A DNA stretch of 62,844 bases, the filler included, from Octopus bimaculoides (Eukaryota), in the NCBI RefSeq assembly GCF_001194135.2. It is 3 parts of 3 records of this genome, joined end to end, with 100 filler letters (N's around TTAATTAATTAA, not from the genome) between each part and the next. Parts side by side here need not be neighbours in the genome. Positions count along the whole stretch, not along the records: positions 1 to 11,553 come from NC_069001.1; positions 11,654 to 38,244 come from NC_068981.1; 1 more part is not named here. The stretch is one strand, 5' to 3'. Positions within the stretch are counted from its first letter, which is position 1. Every line of letters begins with the position of its first letter. Positions 1 through 11,672 of this stretch are shown here, piece by piece. The position numbers and the translations under genes are program-made. The notes below the pieces were generated by a model that was given only the letters and a program-made list of their open reading frames with translations, had not been told where the DNA came from and made no database searches.

Positions 1-58
<58 letters not shown>
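1..58. repeat. (TAA)n microsatellite, representative of the many (CA), (TA), (GA), (GATA), (CAGA), (TACA), (TAA), (GAT) and (GGT) arrays in the window
   Basis: Directly visible. Confidence 0.98.
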
Positions 59-847
59 CCTTCCTAGGGTAGGCCTAGTGCCATGCATCCTCACGTCAGA
101 GAATAGGGGATCGATTAATGCTTTGTATCGTTGCTGACCCCACTTTATGGAATAGTTGATAAGCTATCAAGTCCCATGATGTAAATTTCTAAAATAAAAT
201 TAAAAAGTGTCTCATTAATAAAAAAAGAAAATCTCGATTTAATAAACCATAATTGTTTCGATTTTTGTGTCATTACCGCTTTTTTTTAATAAAAAGGAAA
301 AAAAAAAGACATTTAAGGAAATTTAATGAAAACGCTTAACGAAATTAATAAAGTACAGTAAAAATTCAGTCATTTTATATTGATAAAGACGCAATATCGA
401 TCTCTTTGGCTAGCAACATGGATACACCTCTCCACCAGGTCAATATTGACCACTCTCCTGATCCTTGGTTTAGGGAGAGAGAGGTGGAGAGAGAGAGAGT
501 GTGTGTGTGCGTGTGTTGCTGTTGAAGGCATGACCTCATTGTATGATGGTTTTGGAAACGTGTTGTTCGTGAAAACAACGAAGGTTTGGCGCGAGGTGTG
601 TAGGGTGTCTATGGTTGACATCGATGCGAGCAACAAGAGGGTAAAATGGAGACTCCTTAAAGTGCAACACGTATTGCAAATTAAATAGGTTATTTCATAC
701 AAACACTGCAATACCCGCTCCACATACACCATGAAGCAATTTTGAGGAATGCAATGTCGTCTGCAAAGTTGCAAACGAAACGCCGAAATTAATATCAAAA
801 TGTCCATCATTCTCAAAGGGCCAAGATTTAAAGGTGAGACTAATGCT

Positions 848-1070
848 ACGAACTAGCAGAATAGTTGGTGCGTCGAATAAAATGCTTAGCAGCATTTCTT
901 CCAGCTCTTTACGTTCCGAGTTCAAACACTGCTGAAGTCAACTTCGCCTGTTATTCGTTCGGAGTCGATAAAATAAAGTACCAAACCAGTAGTGGGGGGG
1001 AGGTGTCAATGTAATAGATTTTCCCCCTCTTCTCCAAACCGCTGTATTTGAGCCCAAATTCTGAATATTA
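848..1070 (+). mobile_element. tRNA-derived SINE family A, diverged copy
   Basis: Matches the in-window consensus GGCGAGCTGGCAGAA..GTTCTGAGTTCAAA..GTCGATAAAATAAGTACC, with A-box- and B-box-like motifs. Confidence 0.8.
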
Positions 1071-1092
1071 CAAATTATAAATATTTATTTCT

Positions 1093-1314
1093 TTATTGCC
1101 TACAAGGGGCTAAACATAGAGGGGACATACAAAGACAGACAAAGGGATTAAATCTATTACATCGACCCCAGTGCGTAACTGGTATTTGATCGACCCCGAA
1201 CGGATGAAAGGCAAAGTCGACCTCGGCGAAATTTGAACTCAGAACGTAACGGCAGACAAAACACTGCTAAGCGTTTCGCCCGGCGTGCTAACGGTTCTGC
1301 CAAGCTCGCCGCCC
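1093..1314 (-). mobile_element. SINE family A with a variant 3' end
   Basis: Reverse complement of the family A head and body; 3' end differs (ttattgcc..aggggctaaacatagagggg). Confidence 0.9.
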
Positions 1315-1721
1315 TTTAAAAATATAAATATTACTTAAGGTGAGGCAAAATGGATAAAAATTATAGAAATGGATGTCAGACCGGTTTTGAAATGCTGTGA
1401 TCATCGTATCAGTTTATGAGCGTCTATAACGTGAAAAATGGGCTTATTGATATCGTTATTAAAGGATATATTACATATTAAATTATAAGGAGATACAACA
1501 TGCATATATGTGCGTATGAATGTGTATGCATATATGATAATATGTATGTATGTCTGTATGTGTGTACATCTATGAATGTATGTATGATGATATACGTGTA
1601 CATGTCTGTCTATCTGTATGTATGTACGTAAGATACACATATGCAAGCAATTACAACGTTGATCAAATCTCATAGATAAACCACGCCTCACCTGCCGACA
1701 GGAATGTGTGTGTGTGTGTGT

Positions 1722-1776
1722 ATCATCATCATCGTCGTCATCACTTAACGTCCGTCTTCCATGCTGGCATGGGTTA
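1722..1776 (-). mobile_element. 3' tail fragment of an RTE-tail SINE (family C)
   Basis: Reverse complement reads gcatggaagacggacgttaagtgatgacgatgat; same tail as the copy at 14655-14890. Confidence 0.65.
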
Positions 1777-1983
1777 AGATATACACATACATACACAAAC
1801 ACACACATACACACACACACACGAATACAGACAACACACATAGTTAAGGTCGCAGCCCCAAATATTTTCTATTTATATGAACATTTGTTGAGCACTTCGG
1901 TGAAAAATTCCTCGTTAACACTAATTACGATGTATCCCGCGGTGTACTTACGTCTCTTGTTACTGAGTGTATATGTACATGTA

Positions 1984-2030
<47 letters not shown>

Positions 2031-2068
2031 ATGTATGTGTGTATATAAATATATAGATGTAATCTATC

Positions 2069-2179
<111 letters not shown>

Positions 2180-2481
2180 TACATATATAAATATGCATAT
2201 AAATATAAATAAATAATAGATTTAAACATACATGTGCGCGCACACACACACACACGTGTGTGTGTGTACTTACGTGGTAGGTTGGATATGTATGTTTATG
2301 TGTAAAAATATATCTCTATATGAGAATATATCTCAGAACGGGTGAATACACGCGCACGCGCATCCACACGTGCACTTGTATACACATATTCATATGCAAT
2401 CACACACGCACACACACACACACACACACGCACACATACACATATACGTAGTCTGACAAATAAACTACATTTCATATTTCA

Positions 2482-2553
2482 GGCACCGACGAAGCTACAA
2501 GGTGTTATTCAGGCGCTCAACTATGCATGCTGCAGCAGAAACAGCTGTAAGCT
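2482..2553 (+). ncRNA. Degenerate type I hammerhead-ribozyme-like motif
   Basis: CCGACGA-A-GCT..AGC-A-GAAA-CAGCTG-TA; core U4>C, palindromic stem III, weak stem I. Confidence 0.45.
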
Positions 2554-3117
2554 AATGAGGTTCAGAAGATAATCCGTTAATCCTTTGCCATCTGATTTCC
2601 TTCTTTCCGTTCTACACTCAACAGACGCTTCACTCTAAGGCATTGCATATTGAGTTCTACGCCAGGCAATTTTACTTGTTTCAATCATTTGACTGCGGCC
2701 ATACTGGGGCACACACAACGCGCACACACAAGACAGAACACACACACACACACCTGTGTATATGTTTACCAATATAAATGTATTAATGCACGTCCGCACG
2801 CACAGACACACGTAAACGCTCACAAAACCACGCACACGTACACACAAATATGTGAGGACGTATGCACACACACACACACAGACACACACACAGACGTACA
2901 CACACACAGACGTACACACAGACACACACACACACACACACACATGTAATGCATAATAAACATACGTAACCTTTAAACCCTCTTATATCCTTAAAAAGCT
3001 ACGCACCTCCCTCAACAGGAGTCCAACGCTTTCACTTATCTGCCTGTATCGACATAACACTGTTTATTTGTTATCAATATCTGTGTTTATCACCCTGGAA
3101 TACTCCCGCCATTCTCT

Positions 3118-3260
3118 CTCTCTCTCTCTCTCTCTGTCTCCGTGTCTCTCTCATTCTCTCTCTCTCTCTGTCTCCGTGTCTCTCTCATTCTCTCTCTCTC
3201 TCTGTCTCCGTGTCTCTCTCATTCTCTCTGTCTCCGTGTCTCTCTCATTCTCTCTTTCTC
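3118..3260. repeat. ~30-34 bp pyrimidine-rich minisatellite (tctctgtctccgtgtctctctcattc), about 4 copies
   Basis: Directly visible tandem units. Confidence 0.9.
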
Positions 3261-4254
3261 CACACACATACACACACACACACACACCACGTACAGAAAC
3301 GATGGAATTTTAAGATTGTATTTTTAGAGGGCAAACTACGATTGGACGGTGAATATCGTGTTGACATTCTTTAAAAAAGATTGTCACTGTACGTGTCTGT
3401 TTGTCTGTGTATGGATAAATGCATTTGTGTGTGTGTCTCTGTATGTGTGTGTGTGTGTGTGTGTGATNNNNNNNNNNNNNNNNNNNNNNNNNNNNNNNNN
3501 NNNNNNNNNNNNNNNNNNNNNNNNNNNNNNNNNNNNNNNNNNNNNNNNNNNNNNNNNNNNNNNNNNNNNNNNNNNNNNNNNNNNNNNNNNNNNNNNNNNN
3601 NNNNNNNNNNNNNNNNNNNNNNNNNNNNNNNNNNNNNNNNNNNNNNNNNNNNNNNNNNNNNNNNNNNNNNNNNNNNNNNNNNNNNNNNNNNNNNNNNNNN
3701 NNNNNNNNNNNNNNNNNNNNNNNNNNNNNNNNNNNNNNNNNNNNNNNNNNNNNNNNNNNNNNNNNNNNNNNNNNNNNNNNNNNNNNNNNNNNNNNNNNNN
3801 NNNNNNNNNNNNNNNNNNNNNNNNNNNNNNNNNNNNNNNNNNNNNNNNNNNNNNNNNNNNNNNNNNNNNNNNNNNNNNNNNNNNNNNNNNNNNNNNNNNN
3901 NNNNNNNNNNNNNNNNNNNNNNNNNNNNNNNNNNNNNNNNNNNNNNNNNNNNNNNNNNNNNNNNNNNNNNNNNNNNNNNNNNNNNNNNNNNNNNNNNNNN
4001 NNNNNNNNNNNNNNNNNNNNNNNNNNNNNNNNNNNNNNNNNNNNNNNNNNNNNNNNNNNNNNNNNNNNNNNNNNNNNNNNNNNNNNNNNNNNNNNNNNNN
4101 NNNNNNNNNNNNNNNNNNNNNNNNNNNNNNNNNNNNNNNNNNNNNNNNNNNNNNNNNNNNNNNNNNNNNNNNNNNNNNNNNNNNNNNNNNNNNNNNNNNN
4201 NNNNNNNNNATATATATATATATACATACATACATATATATATAAACAGTAAAA

Positions 4255-4355
4255 GACACAAAGGCAAGGTGAATGTATAACAGATGGTGCGTATTAAATG
4301 CTCAGGAAAAATGGAAGAAGACTTCAACGTTTCAAACCCACGCTACTCTATCAAT
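4255..4355 (-). mobile_element. Dispersed repeat related to 28625-28720, carrying a decayed minimal-hammerhead-like end (possibly Penelope-associated)
   Basis: Shares gtgaatgtat..aaaatgga..acgtttc with the 28.6 kb copy. Confidence 0.4.
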
Positions 4356-5831
4356 ATAAGTTCTTGTAGAGGGATAACTGTTTGCGTGCTTGTACCTCCG
4401 TGCGTGCGTACGTACGTGCATGCGCGCGTGTGTGTGTGTTAGTTCCCGTTGTAAGGCAGATGTGCGCGCGTGTGAGCGAATTCCGTCTCTATTTCTATAA
4501 CATTCCTTAAGTTCATAATCTTTGAGAGAAGTTTTACGGATGTCTTGAAGAACGTCCTTCGAAGAGCCAGAAATGAGGGGTTTTTTGCGCTGTGTTTACG
4601 AGATAAACTAAACGACAAAATGTTATCACGCATTTAGGACGAAGAAAAAACACGTGTCTCCTTGAACAAGGAATTTGTCCGAAACGTCACTGACGCTTCT
4701 CTTAACGTTATGGCAAGTTAGATATCTGCAATATATATATACGTTAAACTGTTTGTATATATAGATTTGCATATACGTAAATGTGAATGTATATAAATAT
4801 GTATATATACATATGTGTATGTGTGTGAATGTGTGCGTGTGTGAATGTGTGCGTGTGTGTATGTGCGTAGATACACACATGCGCATCCACACACATATAT
4901 ACACACATGCATGCATACATACATATGTAAGTATATATGTATATATATGTGTGCATGTGTGTGTGTGTGTGTGTGTGTCTATGCTTGTATATATATATAT
5001 GTCAGTATATATATANNNNNNNNNNNNNNNNNNNNNNNNNNNNNNNNNNNNNNNNNNNNNNNNNNNNNNNNNNNNNNNNNNNNNNNNNNNNNNNNNNNNN
5101 NNNNNNNNNNNNNNNNNNNNNNNNNNNNNNNNNNNNNNNNNNNNNNNNNNNNNNNNNNNNNNNNNNNNNNNNNNNNNNNNNNNNNNNNNNNNNNNNNNNN
5201 NNNNNNNNNNNNNNNNNNNNNNNNNNNNNNNNNNNNNNNNNNNNNNNNNNNNNNNNNNNNNNNNNNNNNNNNNNNNNNNNNNNNNNNNNNNNNNNNNNNN
5301 NNNNNNNNNNNNNNNNNNNNNNNNNNNNNNNNNNNNNNNNNNNNNNNNNNNNNNNNNNNNNNNNNNNNNNNNNNNNNNNNNNNNNNNNNNNNNNNNNNNN
5401 NNNNNNNNNNNNNNNNNNNNNNNNNNNNNNNNNNNNNNNNNNNNNNNNNNNNNNNNNNNNNNNNNNNNNNNNNNNNNNNNNNNNNNNNNNNNNNNNNNNN
5501 NNNNNNNNNNNNNNNNNNNNNNNNNNNNNNNNNNNNNNNNNNNNNNNNNNNNNNNNNNNNNNNNNNNNNNNNNNNNNNNNNNNNNNNNNNNNNNNNNNNN
5601 NNNNNNNNNNNNNNNNNNNNNNNNNNNNNNNNNNNNNNNNNNNNNNNNNNNNNNNNNNNNNNNNNNNNNNNNNNNNNNNNNNNNNNNNNNNNNNNNNNNN
5701 NNNNNNNNNNNNNNNNNNNNNNNNNNNNNNNNNNNNNNNNNNNNNNNNNNNNNNNNNNNNNNNNNNNNNNNNNNNNNNNNNNNNNNNNNNNNNNNNNNNN
5801 NNNNNNNNNNNNNNNNNNNNNNNNNNNNNNN

Positions 5832-5862
<31 letters not shown>

Positions 5863-5892
5863 CGATATATATATATATAACATATATATAAC

Positions 5893-5963
<71 letters not shown>

Positions 5964-6547
5964 GTGTGTACACATTACTGACTTGGTGATTCAAATAGGA
6001 ACAAAACTAAAACAAGTATTATGTATGTATTTAACATGTAAGTTGGTGTGTATGTGCATATACATATATATATAAAGTGTGTATGTATGTATACATGTAC
6101 GGCTGTAATGTATATATGCAGGTACGTTCATATGTATGACTATATGTACGTACATATGTACGTGCATACATATGTATGTATGCCTGTATGTATGTATGTA
6201 TGTATGTATGTAAACATGTATGTATACAGGTAGCTATCACAATATAAAATCTAAAAAATCGGCTTAAAAAACACTTACCTCATGCTATCGCTGAAAGTTT
6301 TGTTGAGAAATAATATATCTTGGTCAGAGAGTGATAGACGGAGAAAGAGAGAGGCAGAGACTATATACAGAAAGAGATAGAATAATAGACTGTAGAGAGA
6401 GGGCAGGAAACTGTGTTTGTGTGTGTGTGTATGTGTGTGTGTGTGTGTGTGTGTTTATGAGAGGGAAAACGAAAAAAGTAGATAGAGCGTGGGAGAGAGG
6501 ACGGATAGTGATACGATTTTGTATCTGTCTGTGTGTAGGTATCAGTA

Positions 6548-6596
<49 letters not shown>

Positions 6597-6752
6597 GTGT
6601 GCGCTTGTGTGTGTGATTAGAGAGAATGAGAGAGAAAGTGATATGTAGATAGAGAGCGGTAGAGAGGATAGATAGTTATACTATTATTATGTATGTGTTT
6701 GTGCGTGAATACGTATATCTGTACGTGCAGTTAGTTCTGTATGTGTGTGGAG

Positions 6753-6790
<38 letters not shown>

Positions 6791-7120
6791 GGAGAAAGAG
6801 AGGGAGAGAGAGAAGGAGAGAGACAGAGACAGACAGACAGACAGAGGAGATAGATAGCTAAAGAGACAAAGAGTAATAGGACGGCCAATGATAAAATTGT
6901 GTGTGTGTGTGTGTATTTGTAGTTAATTACGTGTGTGTGTGTGTGTGTGTGTGTATTTGTAGTTAATTACGTGTATGTGTCTGAGAGAGCAGAGCGAAGT
7001 TAGATAGATAGATAAATAGAACGAGAGAGAAAAAAGGAGAGAGCGATAGAGAGAGAGAGAGGGCGCAGGAGAGAGGTCGGACTATGATACAATTATGTAT
7101 GTGTGTATGTAGTTAACGGC

Positions 7121-7154
<34 letters not shown>

Positions 7155-7348
7155 ATGAGAGTCGGACGGGGAGATAGTGTAATAGAGAAGATGGACACAG
7201 AAATTATGCATTCGTATGCATGTATGCGCGCGCGCGTGTTTGTGTACCTGTATGAGTAGAGAAGCGTAGTAAAAAATAGATACGTGAATTGACAGGTAAA
7301 TAGATAAGGAGGTAGAAAGGTATATAGATATCTTGTTTAATAGATATG

Positions 7349-7396
<48 letters not shown>

Positions 7397-7544
7397 CAGA
7401 TATTGATAGACAGATATTGATAGACAGATAGACGATAAATAGGTTAGATGGATGGATGGATGGATAGAGGGGGAAAGAGAGATAAATAGAGAGATTAATA
7501 AAGAGGAGAAAGTGATAAGTTACGTGTGTGGTTGTTGAAGTTAT

Positions 7545-7745
7545 CGCTGTTAACCCTAGTTCAGCCTTGATTGAGTAGAGCTATGATCAATGCTATTCCA
7601 ACCGTAACTATCCGAGCTTTCTTCAGGTATTGTGTACCCCGAATCTACATTATCCAATACGCTATTCTTTTTAGACAACGGTCGAACGATATTTGAGGAG
7701 AAATTTGGCTGCTTTCTCTAGCAGGCCGATCTACCGCGTTGACTG
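7545..7745 (+). mobile_element. Dispersed repeat family D (tgttaaccctag..ctatgatcaa..attcca..tttggctgct..ctagcagg)
   Basis: Related fragments near 33920-33985, 52255-52300, 52405-52635 and 55520-55675. Confidence 0.6.
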
Positions 7746-9276
7746 ATATGGTTATGTGTATGTGTATGTGTGTATGTGTGTATGTGTGTATGAGTGTGTG
7801 TGAGGATAGCGTCACGTATATTTTCGGGGAGAACGTGTGTATGTGTGGGATAGTGAGTGTATGCGTGTAATTATGTGTATGTATGTGTGTATGTATACTT
7901 ATGTATGTGTTTGTATGTGCGAATAAGTATGCATGTAAATGAAGATGTAAACGGATACTATAATAGATGACAAACGAAGTGTGGGGAGAGTGAAAAAGAA
8001 AGACAGAGGGAGAGAGAGAGACAGAGAGGGAGACAGAGAGAGACAGAGAGACAGAGAGGGAGACAGAGAGAGAGAAAAGAGAAAGTGAAAGATTAATAGA
8101 ATGAGTTAAAGACAAACAAATGAAAGGATGAAGAGAAAATTAATAAAGAAAGAAAGGAAGAAAAAAGAAAGAAAGAAAGAAAGAAAGAAAGAAAAAAGAA
8201 AGCAAGAAAAGAGGAAGAGAAGACACAAAGAACGACAGAATGAAAGAAAAAGACTAAGAAGGAAACGATGCAGAAAGTAAGAAGAAAGAAAGCAGAGAAG
8301 AAATATGTAGAAAGAAAGAAGGAAAGAAAGCTAGTCAGAAAAGATGTAAAAAGAAAGGGAAAAGAAAGGAAAGACGAAAAAAGAAAGACAAAAAGATTAG
8401 AAAGGAAGAAGTAGATGTAGGAAAAAGAACCGTAAGTTGAAAGAACAAATAAGAAGGAAAGAAAGAAAAAGGAGATGTAGAGAGAAAGAAAAAAGAGGGG
8501 AAATGTTGAGTATAGGAAAGAGAATTAGAAAAAGACAAGAAAGAAATTTGAAGAGAAAGAAACTTTATGGAGAGAAAAAGAAGGTTAAAAAATTGCAATG
8601 GTCAAGAAAAGAAACCTAATGAAAAAAACTTTTCTTTTTTATGTTTGAAAGCAGACGATAACTTTATGGAAGTTGTGGTGATGGTGGGAGGAATGTATAG
8701 CGTTGTAGTATAGAGGTGGGAGTGAAAGTGGTGGTTGTGGTGGTGATGAAGGTGGTGGTGGTGGTGGTACAGTGGTGAAGCATAGATGCGGTGATGGTGG
8801 TGGTGGTGGTGGNNNNNNNNNNNNNNNNNNNNNNNNNNNNNNNNNNNNNNNNNNNNNNNNNNNNNNNNNNNNNNNNNNNNNNNNNNNNNNNNNNNNNNNN
8901 NNNNNNNNNNNNNNNNNNNNNNNNNNNNNNNNNNNNNNNNNNNNNNNNNNNNNNNNNNNNNNNNNNNNNNNNNNNNNNNNNNNNNNNNNNNNNNNNNNNN
9001 NNNNNNNNNNNNNNNNNNNNNNNNNNNNNNNNNNNNNNNNNNNNNNNNNNNNNNNNNNNNNNNNNNNNNNNNNNNNNNNNNNNNNNNNNNNNNNNNNNNN
9101 NNNNNNNNNNNNNNNNGATGGCAACATTAGGTAGTGAAAGTGGTGGTGGTGGTGGTGGTGGTGGTAGTGGTAGTGGTGGTGGAGGCGACAGCGGTTTTTA
9201 GTGGTAATAGAGACGACGAAGGTAATATAATGACGGTAGTGTTGGTGATGGTGGTGGAGATGGTTATAGGATGTGG

Positions 9277-9410
9277 TAAGAGCGACGAATTGTCAGCACA
9301 GAATAAGCAAGCCGAATCAGCCAATATACGTTTCGACTCTTACGCACCAAGATCAAATCTTACCAAGGTCAACTTTTACTTTTATCCCTTCGGGTTCGAT
9401 AGAGTACTAT
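9277..9410 (+). mobile_element. Highly diverged SINE family A
   Basis: Partial match to the family A body (gatcaaatcttaccaaggtcaactttt..ttcgggttcgata). Confidence 0.6.
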
Positions 9411-9489
9411 TTTTTGCCCAATTAATTCGTGTTCTCGGTTCTATGTTTCTCTCTTCGCTGTGCCTCTCTATATCTTTACGTTTTCTCTA

Positions 9490-9731
9490 TGGCTGTGTGG
9501 TAAGAAATTAACTTCCCAACCACATGGTTTCGGGTTCAGTCCTACAGCATGGCACCTAGGGTAGGTGTCTTCTACAATAGACCTGAACCAACCGAAGCCC
9601 CGTGAAACGATTTGGTCGACAGAAACCGAAAGAAGCTCTCTGGATTTCTGTTTGTTCGTCCACTATTTGACAACCGGTGTTGGTTTGTTTATGTTCGGCA
9701 GAAGTCTGATAGAATAAGTACCAGACTTTAA
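9490..9731 (+). mobile_element. tRNA-derived SINE family B (CORE-like central motif)
   Basis: ggctgtgtggtaagaa..gggttcagtcc..ggcacct.ggg; matches copies at 26041 and 34705. Confidence 0.85.
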
Positions 9732-9915
9732 GGCGGCGAAATGCCTAGCAGTATTTCGTCTGTCTTTACGTTCTGAGTTCAAATTACGCCGAGGTTGACT
9801 TTGCCTTTCATCCTTTCGGGGTCGATAAATTAAGTACCAGTTGCGTACTGGGTCGATCTAATCGACTAGCCCCCTCCCCAAAAATTTCGGGCCTTGTACC
9901 GAGAGTAGAAAAAAA
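9732..9915 (+). mobile_element. SINE family A, 5'-truncated, abutting the family B copy
   Basis: Near-consensus body and 3' end. Confidence 0.9.
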
Positions 9916-10528
9916 AGGAAGTACCAGGCTTTAAANNNNNNNNNNNNNNNNNNNNNNNNNNNNNNNNNNNNNNNNNNNNNNNNNNNNNNNNNNNNNNNNN
10001 NNNNNNNNNNNNNNNNNNNNNNNNNNNNNNNNNNNNNNNNNNNNNNNNNNNNNNNNNNNNNNNNNNNNNNNNNNNNNNNNNNNNNNNNNNNNNNNNNNNN
10101 NNNNNNNNNNNNNNNNNNNNNNNNNNNNNNNNNNNNNNNNNNNNNNNNNNNNNNNNNNNNNNNNNNNNNNNNNNNNNNNNNNNNNNNNNNNNNNNNNNNN
10201 NNNNNNNNNNNNNNNNNNNNNNNNNNNNNNNNNNNNNNNNNNNNNNNNNNNNNNNNNNNNNNNNNNNNNNNNNNNNNNNNNNNNNNNNNNNNNNNNNNNN
10301 NNNNNNNNNNNNNNNNNNNNNNNNNNNNNNNNNNNNNNNNNNNNNNNNNNNNNNNNNNNNNNNNNNNNNNNNNNNNNNNNNNNNNNNNNNNNNNNNNNNN
10401 NNNNNNNNNNNNNNNNNNNNNNNNCCGTATTTCCTCTTGTCCATGCCTCTTTCTATTCCTCTATTTATCCATGCACCACCCTCTCTTTTTCTGCTCATCC
10501 TCTCTCACTACTCTCTCCCTTTTCGCTT

Positions 10529-10559
<31 letters not shown>

Positions 10560-10947
10560 TTTGTTTCTCTGTCTGTCTGTCTCTGTCTCTTTCTCTCTCA
10601 GACACAAAACATTTAAAACCGAACGAAGGTGGCAAGGGTGCTTGCTGTCCCAGACGACACTCATTGTCGATATTTCTCTTATCTTCTCTCTCATACTCTC
10701 TTTAATCTTTCTTTCGCTCTGTCCTCATCTATAGATTTCTTTTTCTCTCCTTCTCTCTGCCTGTCTATCTGTCTGTCTGTCTCTCTCTCTGTCTCTCTCT
10801 CTCNNNNNNNNNNCTCTCTCTCTCCCTCGGTTGCTCTCTATAGCTATATTTCATATACCTGAATCTCATTGTTTTTCTCATTCGGTTTTTCTCATTCGGT
10901 CTTTCTGTCAACGTGTCTGTCTACCTTTCTACTTTTTCTATCTATCC

Positions 10948-10984
<37 letters not shown>

Positions 10985-11672
10985 ATCTATCTATCTGTCT
11001 GTCTGTCTTCCTTAGTGCTTATCTGTTTAGCTGTTTATATATCTATCTTTCTATCTAATTAAATAGAGACAGGAAGATAGTGAGAAAGACAGAGGACGGG
11101 GAATAGCTGTTTAGTATCCACTGTCGTAAAACCAGGAAGACCACGGTACAAAGTAGTACTCAATACATATTTATACAGAGAAAGAGAAAGAAAGAGAGAG
11201 AGAGGGGGAAGAAACAGATAGACTGGGAGAAATAGAGAGACTGGGAGAAAGAGAGAGACTGGGAGAAAGAGAGAGAGAGAAAGAGAGAGAGAGTGAGTGA
11301 GTGAGACCCTGGGGAGGTGGTTGACCTCGTGTTTGCCGTTCTTCCTTCTCTTATTTCTAAACCATTTCGGCAGGTTTTTTTAAACATTCAGTTAACAAAA
11401 TATACTTTCCGTTGCTACTCTTGGCTTGTTTTCCTCTCCCCTTCACTTTCTTTTTCCTCTCTGTCTTCCATTTTTTTCTCTCTTTCTCTCTTTCATTCCT
11501 TCCTTCTTTCATTCATTCATTGTTTCTTTCCCTTTTTCCTATTTTCCATACTGNNNNNNNNNNNNNNNNNNNNNNNNNNNNNNNNNNNNNNNNNNNNTTA
11601 ATTAATTAANNNNNNNNNNNNNNNNNNNNNNNNNNNNNNNNNNNNNNNNNNNNATATATACGCACACATATA

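Noticed and set aside
148-172. GATAGCTTATCAA resembling a miR-21-like seed region
   Set aside because: Only a 15-bp near-palindrome with no pre-miRNA-length hairpin
3310-5994. Long ORFs spanning N runs (also at 9866, 32758, 42424, 45440 and others)
   Set aside because: They are open only because N codons contain no stops; the flanks are microsatellite translations
11598-11609. TTAATTAATTAA island inside a gap (also 38289-38300)
   Set aside because: An identical 12-mer with stops in all frames, embedded in Ns twice, is an assembly spacer rather than biology
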